From a virus (taxonomy: Duplodnaviria > Caudoviricetes), in IMG/VR virus record IMGVR_UViG_3300042542_006078: 64,000 bases of DNA; one strand, written 5' to 3'. Under the pieces are notes generated by a model. It saw only the letters and a program-made list of their open reading frames with translations, had not been told where the DNA came from and ran no database searches. The first letter of the stretch is position 1. Each line of letters begins with the position of its first letter. The translations under genes and the position numbers were made by a program. Below, in pieces: positions 1-8,909 of this stretch.

Positions 1-1
1 T

Positions 2-350
2 CGAATTCTATAACAGGACCATCTTCTTTTAAGAACATTTCCTCCAATTCTTTCTCAAGATCACGGATGCTCCTGCTTCCATTTAACCTTGACAGAGCAG
101 TGTCATGGTCACAGGAATCCACAATCATGATCAGTTTGACAAGGCTTCCTTTTTTATCAGTTTTGAAACAATGATATGCACCATTTTTACGCTTGAGCTT
201 GCCGCCATCTGGGCTGCACCACAAGTGAAAATCATCGTCTCCCGGTTCAAATATACTGTGTATCCTAATTTCTGGACTACGAACCAAAACATTTTCATCG
301 CCAAATCGATCTTTGGCCCATTTCTCAAAATGCTTGAAAGAAACACCCAT
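2..350 (-). CDS. 5' part of a probable DNA primase (Zn-binding N-terminal region); runs off the window edge
   Basis: Not in the ORF track. Manual translation from ATG at 350 gives MGVSFKHFEKWAKDRFGDENVLVRSPEIRIHSIFEPGDDDFHLWCSPDGGKLKRKNGAYHCFKTDKKGSLVKLIMIVDSCDHD..., open to the window edge. GGGAAG lies upstream. The H..C...HC..G.L pattern resembles primase Zn-binding domains. Confidence 0.55.
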   Translation of the reverse strand, partial: MGVSFKHFEKWAKDRFGDENVLVRSPEIRIHSIFEPGDDDFHLWCSPDGGKLKRKNGAYHCFKTDKKGSLVKLIMIVDSCDHDTALSRLNGSRSIRDLEKELEEMFLKEDGPVIEF

Positions 351-389
351 TTCACTTCCCTTTATCAAACAATAATACTAAAATATCAT

Positions 390-1166
390 ATGGAAGAAAA
401 TAAACTAATTTGCGAACATATCTCTGTTTCAAGGAAACAAACTTGGGACTCTTGCCAGTTGGCATATAAATATCGCTACCACCTCAAGCTTGTTTCCGAA
501 GAACCTGTGCAACCTTATTTCGGCTACGGAAAACTTGTCCATAAAATAGCAGAAGTTTATGTGGAAAATCAAGGCAAAAAACCAATTGAAGAAATCGCCT
601 CTTCATGCATAAAAGGCGAAATTGTTGTCGAAGAAGGAAAGCCTCCTTTTGTTTTAGACACTGAATATAAAAGAAAACTTCCCGAACACATTAGAAACAT
701 CAAAAAAATAAGCGATACTATAGGATTTGATGGAGAACTCGAATGGATGTTCAAATATGACATGAATCCACCTGACAATCACATGATTACTGGCGTGATA
801 GACAGACTGATTATTCGTGGCGACAAGTTTTTCATACTTGATTACAAAACAACTAAAAAAGGTAAGTGGCGTAAAAACGCAAGCACAATTGGAAAAGACT
901 TGCAACTAAGATGCTATGCAAGAGTAGTCAATAAGCATTTTGGAGCTAAACCAGAGAACATCCGAGCAGCCCTATACTATTTGGATGGTGGCGATCTTAT
1001 ATCGACTAGGTTTACAGAAGAAAGCATCATGACGGCAGAACAAGAACTTCATGAAACATACAAGCATATTCGCTCAACAAATCCAGATGACACATATGGA
1101 AAAGTTGGCGATCAATGCCGAAGATGCGACTGGAGAAAAATCTGTCCAGCATTTAGGACTTCATAA
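390..1166 (+). CDS. Cas4/RecB-like PD-(D/E)XK nuclease with Fe-S-type Cys motif
   Basis: GVIDRL...ILDYKT and QLxxY motifs; N-terminal Cys (DSCQLAYKY) plus C-terminal CRRCDWRKIC. Start moved from 105 to the ATG at 390 to avoid overlapping the primase gene. Confidence 0.8.
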   Translation: MEENKLICEHISVSRKQTWDSCQLAYKYRYHLKLVSEEPVQPYFGYGKLVHKIAEVYVENQGKKPIEEIASSCIKGEIVVEEGKPPFVLDTEYKRKLPEHIRNIKKISDTIGFDGELEWMFKYDMNPPDNHMITGVIDRLIIRGDKFFILDYKTTKKGKWRKNASTIGKDLQLRCYARVVNKHFGAKPENIRAALYYLDGGDLISTRFTEESIMTAEQELHETYKHIRSTNPDDTYGKVGDQCRRCDWRKICPAFRTS

Positions 1167-1170
1167 TTTT

Positions 1171-2067
1171 TCAGGGCAACAAAATATATTCTGGTCTGAA
1201 TTCCTCTTTTGAACCACTATGATCTTTGATTTTAATTTGCTTGGCATTTCCGCTTACTTGTTTTTGATTAAGTAGGAATTCATATCCTTTTTGTTTTGAC
1301 CAGAATTTATGAATTACAAACAATGGTGTAAAGTAACCTTTGCCAGTACCATCACGGTACTGGGTTCCCCAACATGTTCCTATATAACTACCATCATCAT
1401 CTATAAGTCCTCCGCCACTCCTTCCGGGCCTTGGTGAATTATTGCGGGTAACCAAATCGTCGCCATCTATGCCAAGCATTTCAATGTCATAATGCGCTGT
1501 TTCTGTTCCAGAATCACAACCAACAGAATGTGAATGCTGACCCTTTACATACCTGTAATCCGAAGGGCCAATAGGAAAAAAGTTTGGTTCCCAGTCTGGT
1601 TTGAATGTAATCAGACCTGTATCTTGGCCATTAATGTAGCTATAGAAAATAACATTTGCATCATAAGATTTAGGAGCATCTAGTTTTTGGTCGTTGTGAT
1701 ACCAAACAATTACTTTACATTTCAAATTGCGTTTTTTGCCTTCTTCTGCATTCATTATGCCTTGTTCCCACAAGTGGCCACATGTAGCAACATATGCTGT
1801 TTTTTTGAAATTATCGAAATGAATTATTGTTCCTGATCCTGATGCTCCACCTACCATGATCTTTACAGAAGGAGCCAAATATTTCCTGAACTCAGGACCA
1901 CGCCTAGCTATTGGTGCTGGATTTTCATTGCCGAACTTGTCTCTCTCAAGAATCGGCATCCTGTCAAGGGAATCAATATCAAAAAACCTTGGATTGTCTT
2001 GATATGAATTAACAGGAGTAATTGCAAAAATCCACAAAGCAAGAGAATAAATTAATTTTTTAAGCAT
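1171..2067 (-). CDS. Exported trypsin-like serine protease
   Basis: Triad motifs ATCGH, DTGL, PGRSGGGL; signal peptide MLKKLIYSLALWIFAITPVNS from the ATG at 2067. Confidence 0.8.
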   Translation of the reverse strand: MLKKLIYSLALWIFAITPVNSYQDNPRFFDIDSLDRMPILERDKFGNENPAPIARRGPEFRKYLAPSVKIMVGGASGSGTIIHFDNFKKTAYVATCGHLWEQGIMNAEEGKKRNLKCKVIVWYHNDQKLDAPKSYDANVIFYSYINGQDTGLITFKPDWEPNFFPIGPSDYRYVKGQHSHSVGCDSGTETAHYDIEMLGIDGDDLVTRNNSPRPGRSGGGLIDDDGSYIGTCWGTQYRDGTGKGYFTPLFVIHKFWSKQKGYEFLLNQKQVSGNAKQIKIKDHSGSKEEFRPEYILLP

Positions 2068-2118
2068 TTGAACTCCACAATAATTTGTGTAAAATATATA
2101 GTATTGGAGAAAACAATC

Positions 2119-2565
2119 ATGGCGACACTGACCGTTTCTCATCATCTTTACCTTACCAAGGAACAAAGATATGAACTGAATCAAGGCAAAGAAATAAAAA
2201 CAGTTGGAGTTTGCGTACCAGTATGGTTCCAAAAAGGAAACACATCAGAACCAGCACAGGAAATTTTTTGTAAATACAAAATTTATAATCCGAAAACTGG
2301 CGCAAACATTAAACAAGATGATGAAGGATTTGAGATTTGGATGCCAAGCATCAATAAAGATGAAGAATACATTGAAGGAGAAGGAAAAATTGCCATCCAA
2401 AAGAAAATAGGAACTTCGGAAAATTTGCTTGATTATAAAGATGGAGGAGAATCTAAATGCGATTTCAAATTATATCAAAAATTGTTAATCAATGATTCTT
2501 TGCACCACCTTGTGCATTTTATTGAAATAAAGCCTATTGAAATTCTGCTTGACACTATGGGTTAG
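2119..2565 (+). CDS. Hypothetical protein
   Basis: Open frame, GGAG RBS before the ATG at 2119, ATATATAG box upstream. Confidence 0.6.
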   Translation: MATLTVSHHLYLTKEQRYELNQGKEIKTVGVCVPVWFQKGNTSEPAQEIFCKYKIYNPKTGANIKQDDEGFEIWMPSINKDEEYIEGEGKIAIQKKIGTSENLLDYKDGGESKCDFKLYQKLLINDSLHHLVHFIEIKPIEILLDTMG

Positions 2566-3071
2566 GGGCAATCGTGTAGTTGCAATGACATTTTCAGGTT
2601 AACACTATCTCCGCTTGCCAATGTTATAGAAGAACTAAGTGGCGCAGATGAGACAAGTGTTCCTGTGTTGTCGGGAGTTGTGACCATGAAAAGATTTTTA
2701 ACAGGTCCGAATCCTGATGATGCTCCAGTATAAATCAGAGTTGGCGTTACTGCACGATAGATGCCTCCTATTGAAGTGATTGTGAATCCACTCGACGAAC
2801 TTATTGGAATTCTGGCATATCCTCCAGATACTGGCTCATCAATCAATGATGAAATTGTATCATTAATTGAAATTGTTGTTCTGTTATCGAGTCCAAAGTA
2901 ATAATTGTTTGGCAATATAGAGCCATCATTTGCAAAACATGCTGTTAAAAGAAACGCTTCACCCAATTGATGAAGAGTATTGTGAATATTACGGTCTTCC
3001 CAAATGACTTTGCCATTCCTAATATGTTGAATTGTTTCTATTTTCAATATTCCACGCCAATTATTTGTCAT
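2562..3071 (-). CDS. Probable virion/tail structural protein
   Basis: S/T/G-rich beta-type sequence (EPVSGGYARIPI, ITLASGDSVNLKMSL) of the kind seen in phage tail/baseplate proteins. Confidence 0.5.
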   Translation of the reverse strand: MTNNWRGILKIETIQHIRNGKVIWEDRNIHNTLHQLGEAFLLTACFANDGSILPNNYYFGLDNRTTISINDTISSLIDEPVSGGYARIPISSSSGFTITSIGGIYRAVTPTLIYTGASSGFGPVKNLFMVTTPDNTGTLVSSAPLSSSITLASGDSVNLKMSLQLHDCP

Positions 3072-3580
3072 TTGAAATCTCCAAGACTAAATTTTATTTG
3101 ATTTTCTGGAGAAGAATAAATTAATTCTCTCACATTGAAACTCTTACCGTTAAAGTATTTATTACCCAAGAATTTTTCTCCTATTCCTTTTTTCATGTAG
3201 CAAATTGTAACATGAGGAATAAAAAAAGAATAAAAATTATCGAAATCTATGTTTTTTGAAAGTTTTTTGTTTACATCTATTATATCGTTGTTTGTTATTT
3301 CAACATATAAAACATCAAACTTACTGTTTGTCGTAAATAATTTTATATCACCTAATATACAATTAAATAAACTTTCTTCTACAATAGATTGTTTTATATT
3401 TCTTATAGATTGTTTTTTCAAATTACTTAAAACAGTAACATGAACATCGTGAACTCTACCGTATTGATCTCCGTTGATATATAAACAACTATCTTCAACT
3501 TGATCATAACACCAAGAAATAATTTCATCTGAAATTAAATCTGGTAATTCAGCTATGATATAAGAATTATCCAAAAACAT
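3068..3580 (-). CDS. 2H phosphoesterase, T4 gp57B/Acb1-like
   Basis: Two HxT motifs (HVTV, PHVTI) about 75 aa apart, FDVLYVEI core and YMKKG tail, 170 aa. Confidence 0.75.
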   Translation of the reverse strand: MFLDNSYIIAELPDLISDEIISWCYDQVEDSCLYINGDQYGRVHDVHVTVLSNLKKQSIRNIKQSIVEESLFNCILGDIKLFTTNSKFDVLYVEITNNDIIDVNKKLSKNIDFDNFYSFFIPHVTICYMKKGIGEKFLGNKYFNGKSFNVRELIYSSPENQIKFSLGDFK

Positions 3581-3908
3581 TTTGTATTTCTCCGCTTTCT
3601 TCTTCTGGATAATCCAAGAGTTTTTTGGAATTTCGTTTATTTTTAATTTCTTCCAACTTTGTTTTCTCAGAATTAATTTCTTTGTCGATTACCTTTAGTG
3701 TGTTGAAATAATCATATTTTTTGACTGATAATTCTAATTTTCTTTTCTCTTGATTTGATTCACGAATTGATCTCTTTTTTTCTAAAGATTCCACAACATC
3801 CAATGCACGGACAATCAATGACTTGGCATCATTGAGAGCAAAGTCATCTGGAGCATTCAACAACGCTTGACGAAGTGAATTCTTGAGTGCTTCGGTATTA
3901 TTTTTCAT
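3567..3908 (-). CDS. Hypothetical coiled-coil protein
   Basis: 113-aa ORF coupled to both neighbours. Confidence 0.6.
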   Translation of the reverse strand: MKNNTEALKNSLRQALLNAPDDFALNDAKSLIVRALDVVESLEKKRSIRESNQEKRKLELSVKKYDYFNTLKVIDKEINSEKTKLEEIKNKRNSKKLLDYPEEESGEIQNVFG

Positions 3909-4881
3909 TTTGTCTCCTAAACAATTCTATCCATCTCAAATTAGATTCACCAATAATCTTGAATCCAGAAACATCTCCTTCTTGAAGAGACTTAAGAAGA
4001 TTTATTTTCTCTATTTTTACTTTCCATATATCTTGGTTTTCATCAATCGGAACATTCGTGAGGATTGTTCCTTTAGGAAGAAATGTTTTTATTCCCAAAG
4101 CTATTTGTTTTCTCTTATTTTCAAATAAGTCTCTATTCACTACAGGTTTCGACATGTACAAAGTTACCAATTGCTTAATTTTTGGGCTTTCCTTGAGTCT
4201 TTGCATTAAAGCCTGAATTTGATTCTTCATTCTTTCAGGCATTTCACTCAAAACAATATTTTCAATAACAAAACCATTTGTCTCTTTGAGTAAATCAAAA
4301 CTTGAAACAAATTGATTTCCTATTTCAACACGAGCTTTTTCAGCAATCCATTTATCAGAAGGCAAAGCTTTTATCATAATTGGATGATTATCCCATTCAA
4401 TTTTGCTCAATTCATTTTCTATTTTCAATACCATTTCTTCAAGGACAAATGTTGACTTATCAGTTAATGATTCGATTGCATAATCAACATCTTCAGGTTC
4501 TATTTCTTTTTTTAATATGTTTGATTGATAAAGCCAAAATTCAGATTCAATCAAATTGACAATTGATTCATCGAGAGAATTCTCAAAAATCCAATCTTCA
4601 ATTTTTTGTATATGGTTTAATATTTTTTTTGAATTGCCTTGTTCAAGGCAGATCATAAAGGATTCTATAAAAGGATAATCCGCTTCTTCCAATGCATTTT
4701 TTATTTTTTCACAGTCTATAGTTCTTCTTAGAGCATCACGGCTTTTATCATCGCTTTTCATTACAAGTCCAGATAGCGATGTTGTCAAATTCTCACGATA
4801 AAAATCAAGAGACATTCTAACAGTTGTAAGTTGAATTGATTTTTTTGAGATATAGTCTGATAAATTTTTATACATTTTCAA
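3898..4881 (-). CDS. Hypothetical protein
   Basis: 327-aa ORF overlapping the terminase stop. Confidence 0.7.
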   Translation of the reverse strand: MKMYKNLSDYISKKSIQLTTVRMSLDFYRENLTTSLSGLVMKSDDKSRDALRRTIDCEKIKNALEEADYPFIESFMICLEQGNSKKILNHIQKIEDWIFENSLDESIVNLIESEFWLYQSNILKKEIEPEDVDYAIESLTDKSTFVLEEMVLKIENELSKIEWDNHPIMIKALPSDKWIAEKARVEIGNQFVSSFDLLKETNGFVIENIVLSEMPERMKNQIQALMQRLKESPKIKQLVTLYMSKPVVNRDLFENKRKQIALGIKTFLPKGTILTNVPIDENQDIWKVKIEKINLLKSLQEGDVSGFKIIGESNLRWIELFRRQNEK

Positions 4882-6740
4882 AATCCAAATTCCCTGAGTA
4901 ATTTGTCATACTTTCTTTCAGGTATGTAAGTATAACCACCATAGTATGAATCTTTTTCTGGTGCTAGAATATCAATTTCATCATCGGCTAGCAAATCTTC
5001 TGGAGAACCTTCCAAAAGTTGTTTTTTAATTTCTTCATAAACAGCATTCTTGATTATCTGAACTGATTCTTTTGGTCTTTCTGCTCCCATAGGCAAATCA
5101 CGGAGAAGAGTATCACGAACATAAAGTGCTATGCACATTGCCATGATTGCATCATCGTGTTTGCCTTTTTGAGCCTGAGCCTTTCTTGTTACTTTATTAT
5201 ATTCAAAAGTTTGTAGCTCACAAACAAATCTCATACTGTTGATTCTGACTGTTTGATTAGTGAGCCTATTTTGCAAAGATTCAAGATAAAGTGATCTGTT
5301 AGATTGGCCTATCTTTATGCCCGGTTTCGCATTTGCGTTTTTGTTGTTTTCAAAATATAAGTTATCGTAATAAAGAGTGTGCTGCAAGGCGCTAAGAACA
5401 GCGGTGCCCGGACCCATATTCTCAACAACCACTAATGCGTTATTGTAAAATGTTGCAACCTCATTGATAACTTGGGAAAATTCGTGTGGGATGATTAGAT
5501 TGGAATAAAATTCCACAACCTGTTCAAGAGTCGCTGTGTCAATGATATGAAAAACGCTGCTATCATTGTTTTCAGCCTGACCTTCGGCACAGTCGGCGGA
5601 AAGAATATACTCATGACCTTCAACAGGTTCTTTCCAAATCCACATAGCTCCCTTGTTATCGTCGTTATCAAGTTGAGCAACTCTTCCAGCTTGGTTTGCC
5701 CATTTGGGAAATAACTTACGACTTGGATAATTACTTCTTGTTTGTTCGGTCAAGCCGTTGATGATCTTGGCACTAAAATAAGTTTCTCCTGATCCTTGAA
5801 ACTCACGCAAAACTTCTTGGCGAAAACCCTTTTCTCCAAGCTGCGCTTTTTGTTCAGATACCCAACTCTCATCGTTGTAGTCTGGATGTTCCCAATAATC
5901 GAGATCAATCACATGGAACTTGTTTAAGCGGTCTTTAGCTTCACGATAAGTTTGTTCATACCAGTTTCCCAAACCATTTACCGTTGAAATCAATGTGCAT
6001 GAACCACCTGTTGAAAGAATGGGCCACATGGCTTTCCAGTGCTTTTCCATGTCATCAATGAACGCACATTCGTCAACAATAAGGAATGTTACTGATTTAC
6101 CACGGGCAGCTTCTGGAGAGTAAAACTTCAAAGCAGAACCAGTATCAGTGAATTGCTTTAAGTGGTCGTTCCACTTTCCATCTTTCTTAGGCTTGAGCCA
6201 TTCTGGCAAGTTTTCGCAAGCACGGTCTGCCATCATGCCGATGTCGGTGGCTTCACGATCTGTTTTGGAAATAAGCATGATTTGCTGGTCTAACTGAAAC
6301 ATGCATCTCCACAAACCCCACAAAAGAGTTACGGTAGTCAAACCGCCCTGACGGAATTTTGAAATAATATTGAAACGATTGGTCTCGTAATCGTATATGG
6401 TTTTTCTTTGGTATTTGTAAAGCACAAAAGGAATTAATCCACGCATTGGGTGAAGAATTTTGACATACTTGTGACAAAAGTATGCAAAACTATCAGAGCA
6501 TTTTATCATTTCCTTTTTGCGTCTGATAGGATCATATTTTTCAATATTTTCTAAAGGTTCATCAGGATCTATTTGCAATTCAAATTTGTCGAAGTTGTAA
6601 TACTTTGGATCATACTGCAACCTTCCTATTTCTGGATCATAATTGCCTCCAGAACGGTAATAATCATCCAAGCTTTTGAAATTACTTCTCCAGACGGAAT
6701 CTTTTGCGCTTTTGAAATAACGGGTTTCTTCCATTTGCAT
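4878..6740 (-). CDS. terL: Terminase large subunit, T4 gp17-like
   Basis: KFRQGGLT Walker A-like motif, LIVDECAF Walker B, TVNG coupling motif, SADCAEG and GKHDDAIMA nuclease motifs. Confidence 0.95.
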   Translation of the reverse strand: MQMEETRYFKSAKDSVWRSNFKSLDDYYRSGGNYDPEIGRLQYDPKYYNFDKFELQIDPDEPLENIEKYDPIRRKKEMIKCSDSFAYFCHKYVKILHPMRGLIPFVLYKYQRKTIYDYETNRFNIISKFRQGGLTTVTLLWGLWRCMFQLDQQIMLISKTDREATDIGMMADRACENLPEWLKPKKDGKWNDHLKQFTDTGSALKFYSPEAARGKSVTFLIVDECAFIDDMEKHWKAMWPILSTGGSCTLISTVNGLGNWYEQTYREAKDRLNKFHVIDLDYWEHPDYNDESWVSEQKAQLGEKGFRQEVLREFQGSGETYFSAKIINGLTEQTRSNYPSRKLFPKWANQAGRVAQLDNDDNKGAMWIWKEPVEGHEYILSADCAEGQAENNDSSVFHIIDTATLEQVVEFYSNLIIPHEFSQVINEVATFYNNALVVVENMGPGTAVLSALQHTLYYDNLYFENNKNANAKPGIKIGQSNRSLYLESLQNRLTNQTVRINSMRFVCELQTFEYNKVTRKAQAQKGKHDDAIMAMCIALYVRDTLLRDLPMGAERPKESVQIIKNAVYEEIKKQLLEGSPEDLLADDEIDILAPEKDSYYGGYTYIPERKYDKLLREFGF

Positions 6741-6817
6741 CCAATTAATTTATAGTTTTTTTAAGACAAAACTAAGATAATGTATATAGTTTAGGCTATT
6801 CCAAAACAGAGGTCTAT

Positions 6818-7957
6818 ATGAAAAAGTTGCACATATGCGTGTTGGCTCTTGGCTTCTTACTGTTGGCAATACTGTTAAATAAGGAAAGAAATTCACAACA
6901 TGAACAAAATCATCCAGAAAGCCCCTTTGAAAATAAAGTAGAAAAGAAACCAGAAAAAAAAGAAGAACCTCCCAAATTAACAATTGCAGAGGCAATATCC
7001 AAAATCGACAGAATCGATTTGAGGACACATCTTGAATACCTTGCTTCAAATGAATTAGAAGGAAGAATGTCTGGCAAGAAGGGCAATAAAACTGCTGCTG
7101 AATACATCAAGAAGAAATTTGACGACAAAGGACTTTCAGCGGAATACGATAAATTCAACATCAAAAGAGTCAATCCCGGCCCCAAGAATGAAATTGGCGA
7201 TGATTTTACACAGAACATCTATGCAGTTCTAGAAGGAAACGATCCTGTCCTTAAGGATGAAGTAGTTGTGATTGGTGCCCACATGGACCATATAGGATAT
7301 GGTCCAACATACAGTCGCACAGGAGGAGGAAGGATTCATAATGGAGCAGACGATAATGCAAGTGGAACTGCGGCCTTGATTGAAATGGCAGAAGCATTGT
7401 CTGCTATGAAAGGGCAAAACAAAAGAACGATTGTTCTTATGGCATTCTCAGCAGAAGAAATGGGACTTCTTGGTAGTATCCATTATGTGAACAATCCCAA
7501 ATTCCCAAAAGGAAATCCAAATATCAAGAAACACATTTTCATGTTGAATATGGACATGATTGGTTATCTTGGCAAAAGCAAAACAGTTGCTTTTGATGAT
7601 GGATCAAGTTCGCCAGATATTGGCTTTATCATTAAGCAACTGACAGAAAAATATTCTTTTGCAAAAAATGTAACTTTGAGAGGCTCTGGTGGAAGTGATC
7701 ACGCACCCTTCTATAATAAAAGAGTGCCGATAGCGTTCCTTCATACTGGATTGCATGAATACTATCACACCCCCAGAGATACTGCTGACAAGATCAATTA
7801 TGAAGGTCTTGAAAAAGTTGCAAGATACGGTTTTGAATTGGCGTGGACCGTATGCAATGCAGTTGAAAGAGTCGAGTTTGACTATGGGTCATTCAAGGAA
7901 ATGGATTTGCTTCACGACCACGGTCAAAAAGACATGCCACTAGAGGAAATGCCATGA
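6818..7957 (+). CDS. M28-family aminopeptidase with N-terminal membrane anchor/signal
   Basis: GAHMDH, NGADDNASG, AEEMGLLGS, LNMDMIG, GSDHAPF, YHTPRDT motifs. Confidence 0.9.
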   Translation: MKKLHICVLALGFLLLAILLNKERNSQHEQNHPESPFENKVEKKPEKKEEPPKLTIAEAISKIDRIDLRTHLEYLASNELEGRMSGKKGNKTAAEYIKKKFDDKGLSAEYDKFNIKRVNPGPKNEIGDDFTQNIYAVLEGNDPVLKDEVVVIGAHMDHIGYGPTYSRTGGGRIHNGADDNASGTAALIEMAEALSAMKGQNKRTIVLMAFSAEEMGLLGSIHYVNNPKFPKGNPNIKKHIFMLNMDMIGYLGKSKTVAFDDGSSSPDIGFIIKQLTEKYSFAKNVTLRGSGGSDHAPFYNKRVPIAFLHTGLHEYYHTPRDTADKINYEGLEKVARYGFELAWTVCNAVERVEFDYGSFKEMDLLHDHGQKDMPLEEMP

Positions 7958-8382
7958 CTAAAGATGAAATGATCAAGCTGCTGAACGATGACCTTAAAAA
8001 TGAATGGATGCATCTGAAATTCTATCTTTTTCATGCTAGCCAAGTAACTGGACTGCATAGCGTTGAATACAAAGAAATGCTTATCGAACACGCAGCAAGT
8101 GAAATGAAGCATATTACTGAATTTTCAGATGTAATTGTTGGATTAGGAGGACATCCAACCGATGATTCAAATCAATTCTTCAAGTATTCAGAACCAAAAG
8201 AAATCATTCAATACGCTCTGGATATGGAGGCAAGAGTGGTTGAAAACTACACTCAAAGAATCAATCATGCCGAAGAACTGGGTGGAGTTGATGGCAAATG
8301 GCTTGAAATATTTTTGGAAAAACAGGTGGAACACAGTCGTCAAGATGTCGATCAATTCAGACAAATTCTGCGTGGGATATAA
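7954..8382 (+). CDS. bfr: Bacterioferritin-like protein
   Basis: Ferroxidase ligands NE..Y, SEMKH (heme-ligand Met position kept), DME and EH, in a 142-aa four-helix bundle. Confidence 0.75.
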   Translation: MTKDEMIKLLNDDLKNEWMHLKFYLFHASQVTGLHSVEYKEMLIEHAASEMKHITEFSDVIVGLGGHPTDDSNQFFKYSEPKEIIQYALDMEARVVENYTQRINHAEELGGVDGKWLEIFLEKQVEHSRQDVDQFRQILRGI

Positions 8383-8383
8383 C

Positions 8384-8412
8384 TTGATTGTTATCTTCTC
8401 GCTCTATACAAT
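8384..8412 (+). promoter_or_regulatory. Sigma70-type promoter
   Basis: TTGATT-N17-TACAAT upstream of the 8477 ORF. Confidence 0.65.
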
Positions 8413-8476
8413 TTAATGGATGAATTCTTCATAAATCCGTCACTTCATGAGAGTGCGGAACTAAGAGGGAATAAAC

Positions 8477-8779
8477 ATGAAGTATAATATTGTTTCTGAT
8501 TTGCCTGTTGCTCGTTTTTGGTACAAAGGCAACCATAGCCATCCTGTTCGCAGAACTATTTTGGTAACAACACAAGACAAGAATTCCATCACAGGTTATG
8601 AACTTCGTGAAGGAAGTAAAATTAGACCAGCTAAGTATGCTCCCGTAAAAACCTTTACAAGATCAAAAATTGCCAAGACAAATAACTTGAGACAAGATAA
8701 TCCACTTAGAAACAAAGGTCAAATTAAATCAACTCTTGTCCGAAAACCACTTATTGATCTTATCGAAAGTGGAATTTGA
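8477..8779 (+). CDS. Small hypothetical protein, possibly WYL-like
   Basis: FWY...RRT...GY...KTF...KI pattern loosely resembles WYL domains; GAGGG RBS. Confidence 0.45.
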   Translation: MKYNIVSDLPVARFWYKGNHSHPVRRTILVTTQDKNSITGYELREGSKIRPAKYAPVKTFTRSKIAKTNNLRQDNPLRNKGQIKSTLVRKPLIDLIESGI

Positions 8780-8803
8780 AGCAAATTCTGAATAAATGTC
8801 TTC

Positions 8804-8837
8804 AAGACACTACTAAATAAAGTAGTGTCTTTTTTTT
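8804..8837 (+). terminator. Intrinsic terminator
   Basis: 11-bp stem AAGACACTACT/AGTAGTGTCTT, 6-nt loop, T tract. Confidence 0.8.
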
Positions 8838-8909
8838 CGTGGTTTGATTTTCAATTCAAATCATTTAATTTTTTAGAAATCTGTCTTTAATGATAGTGGG
8901 GAAAGAAAA

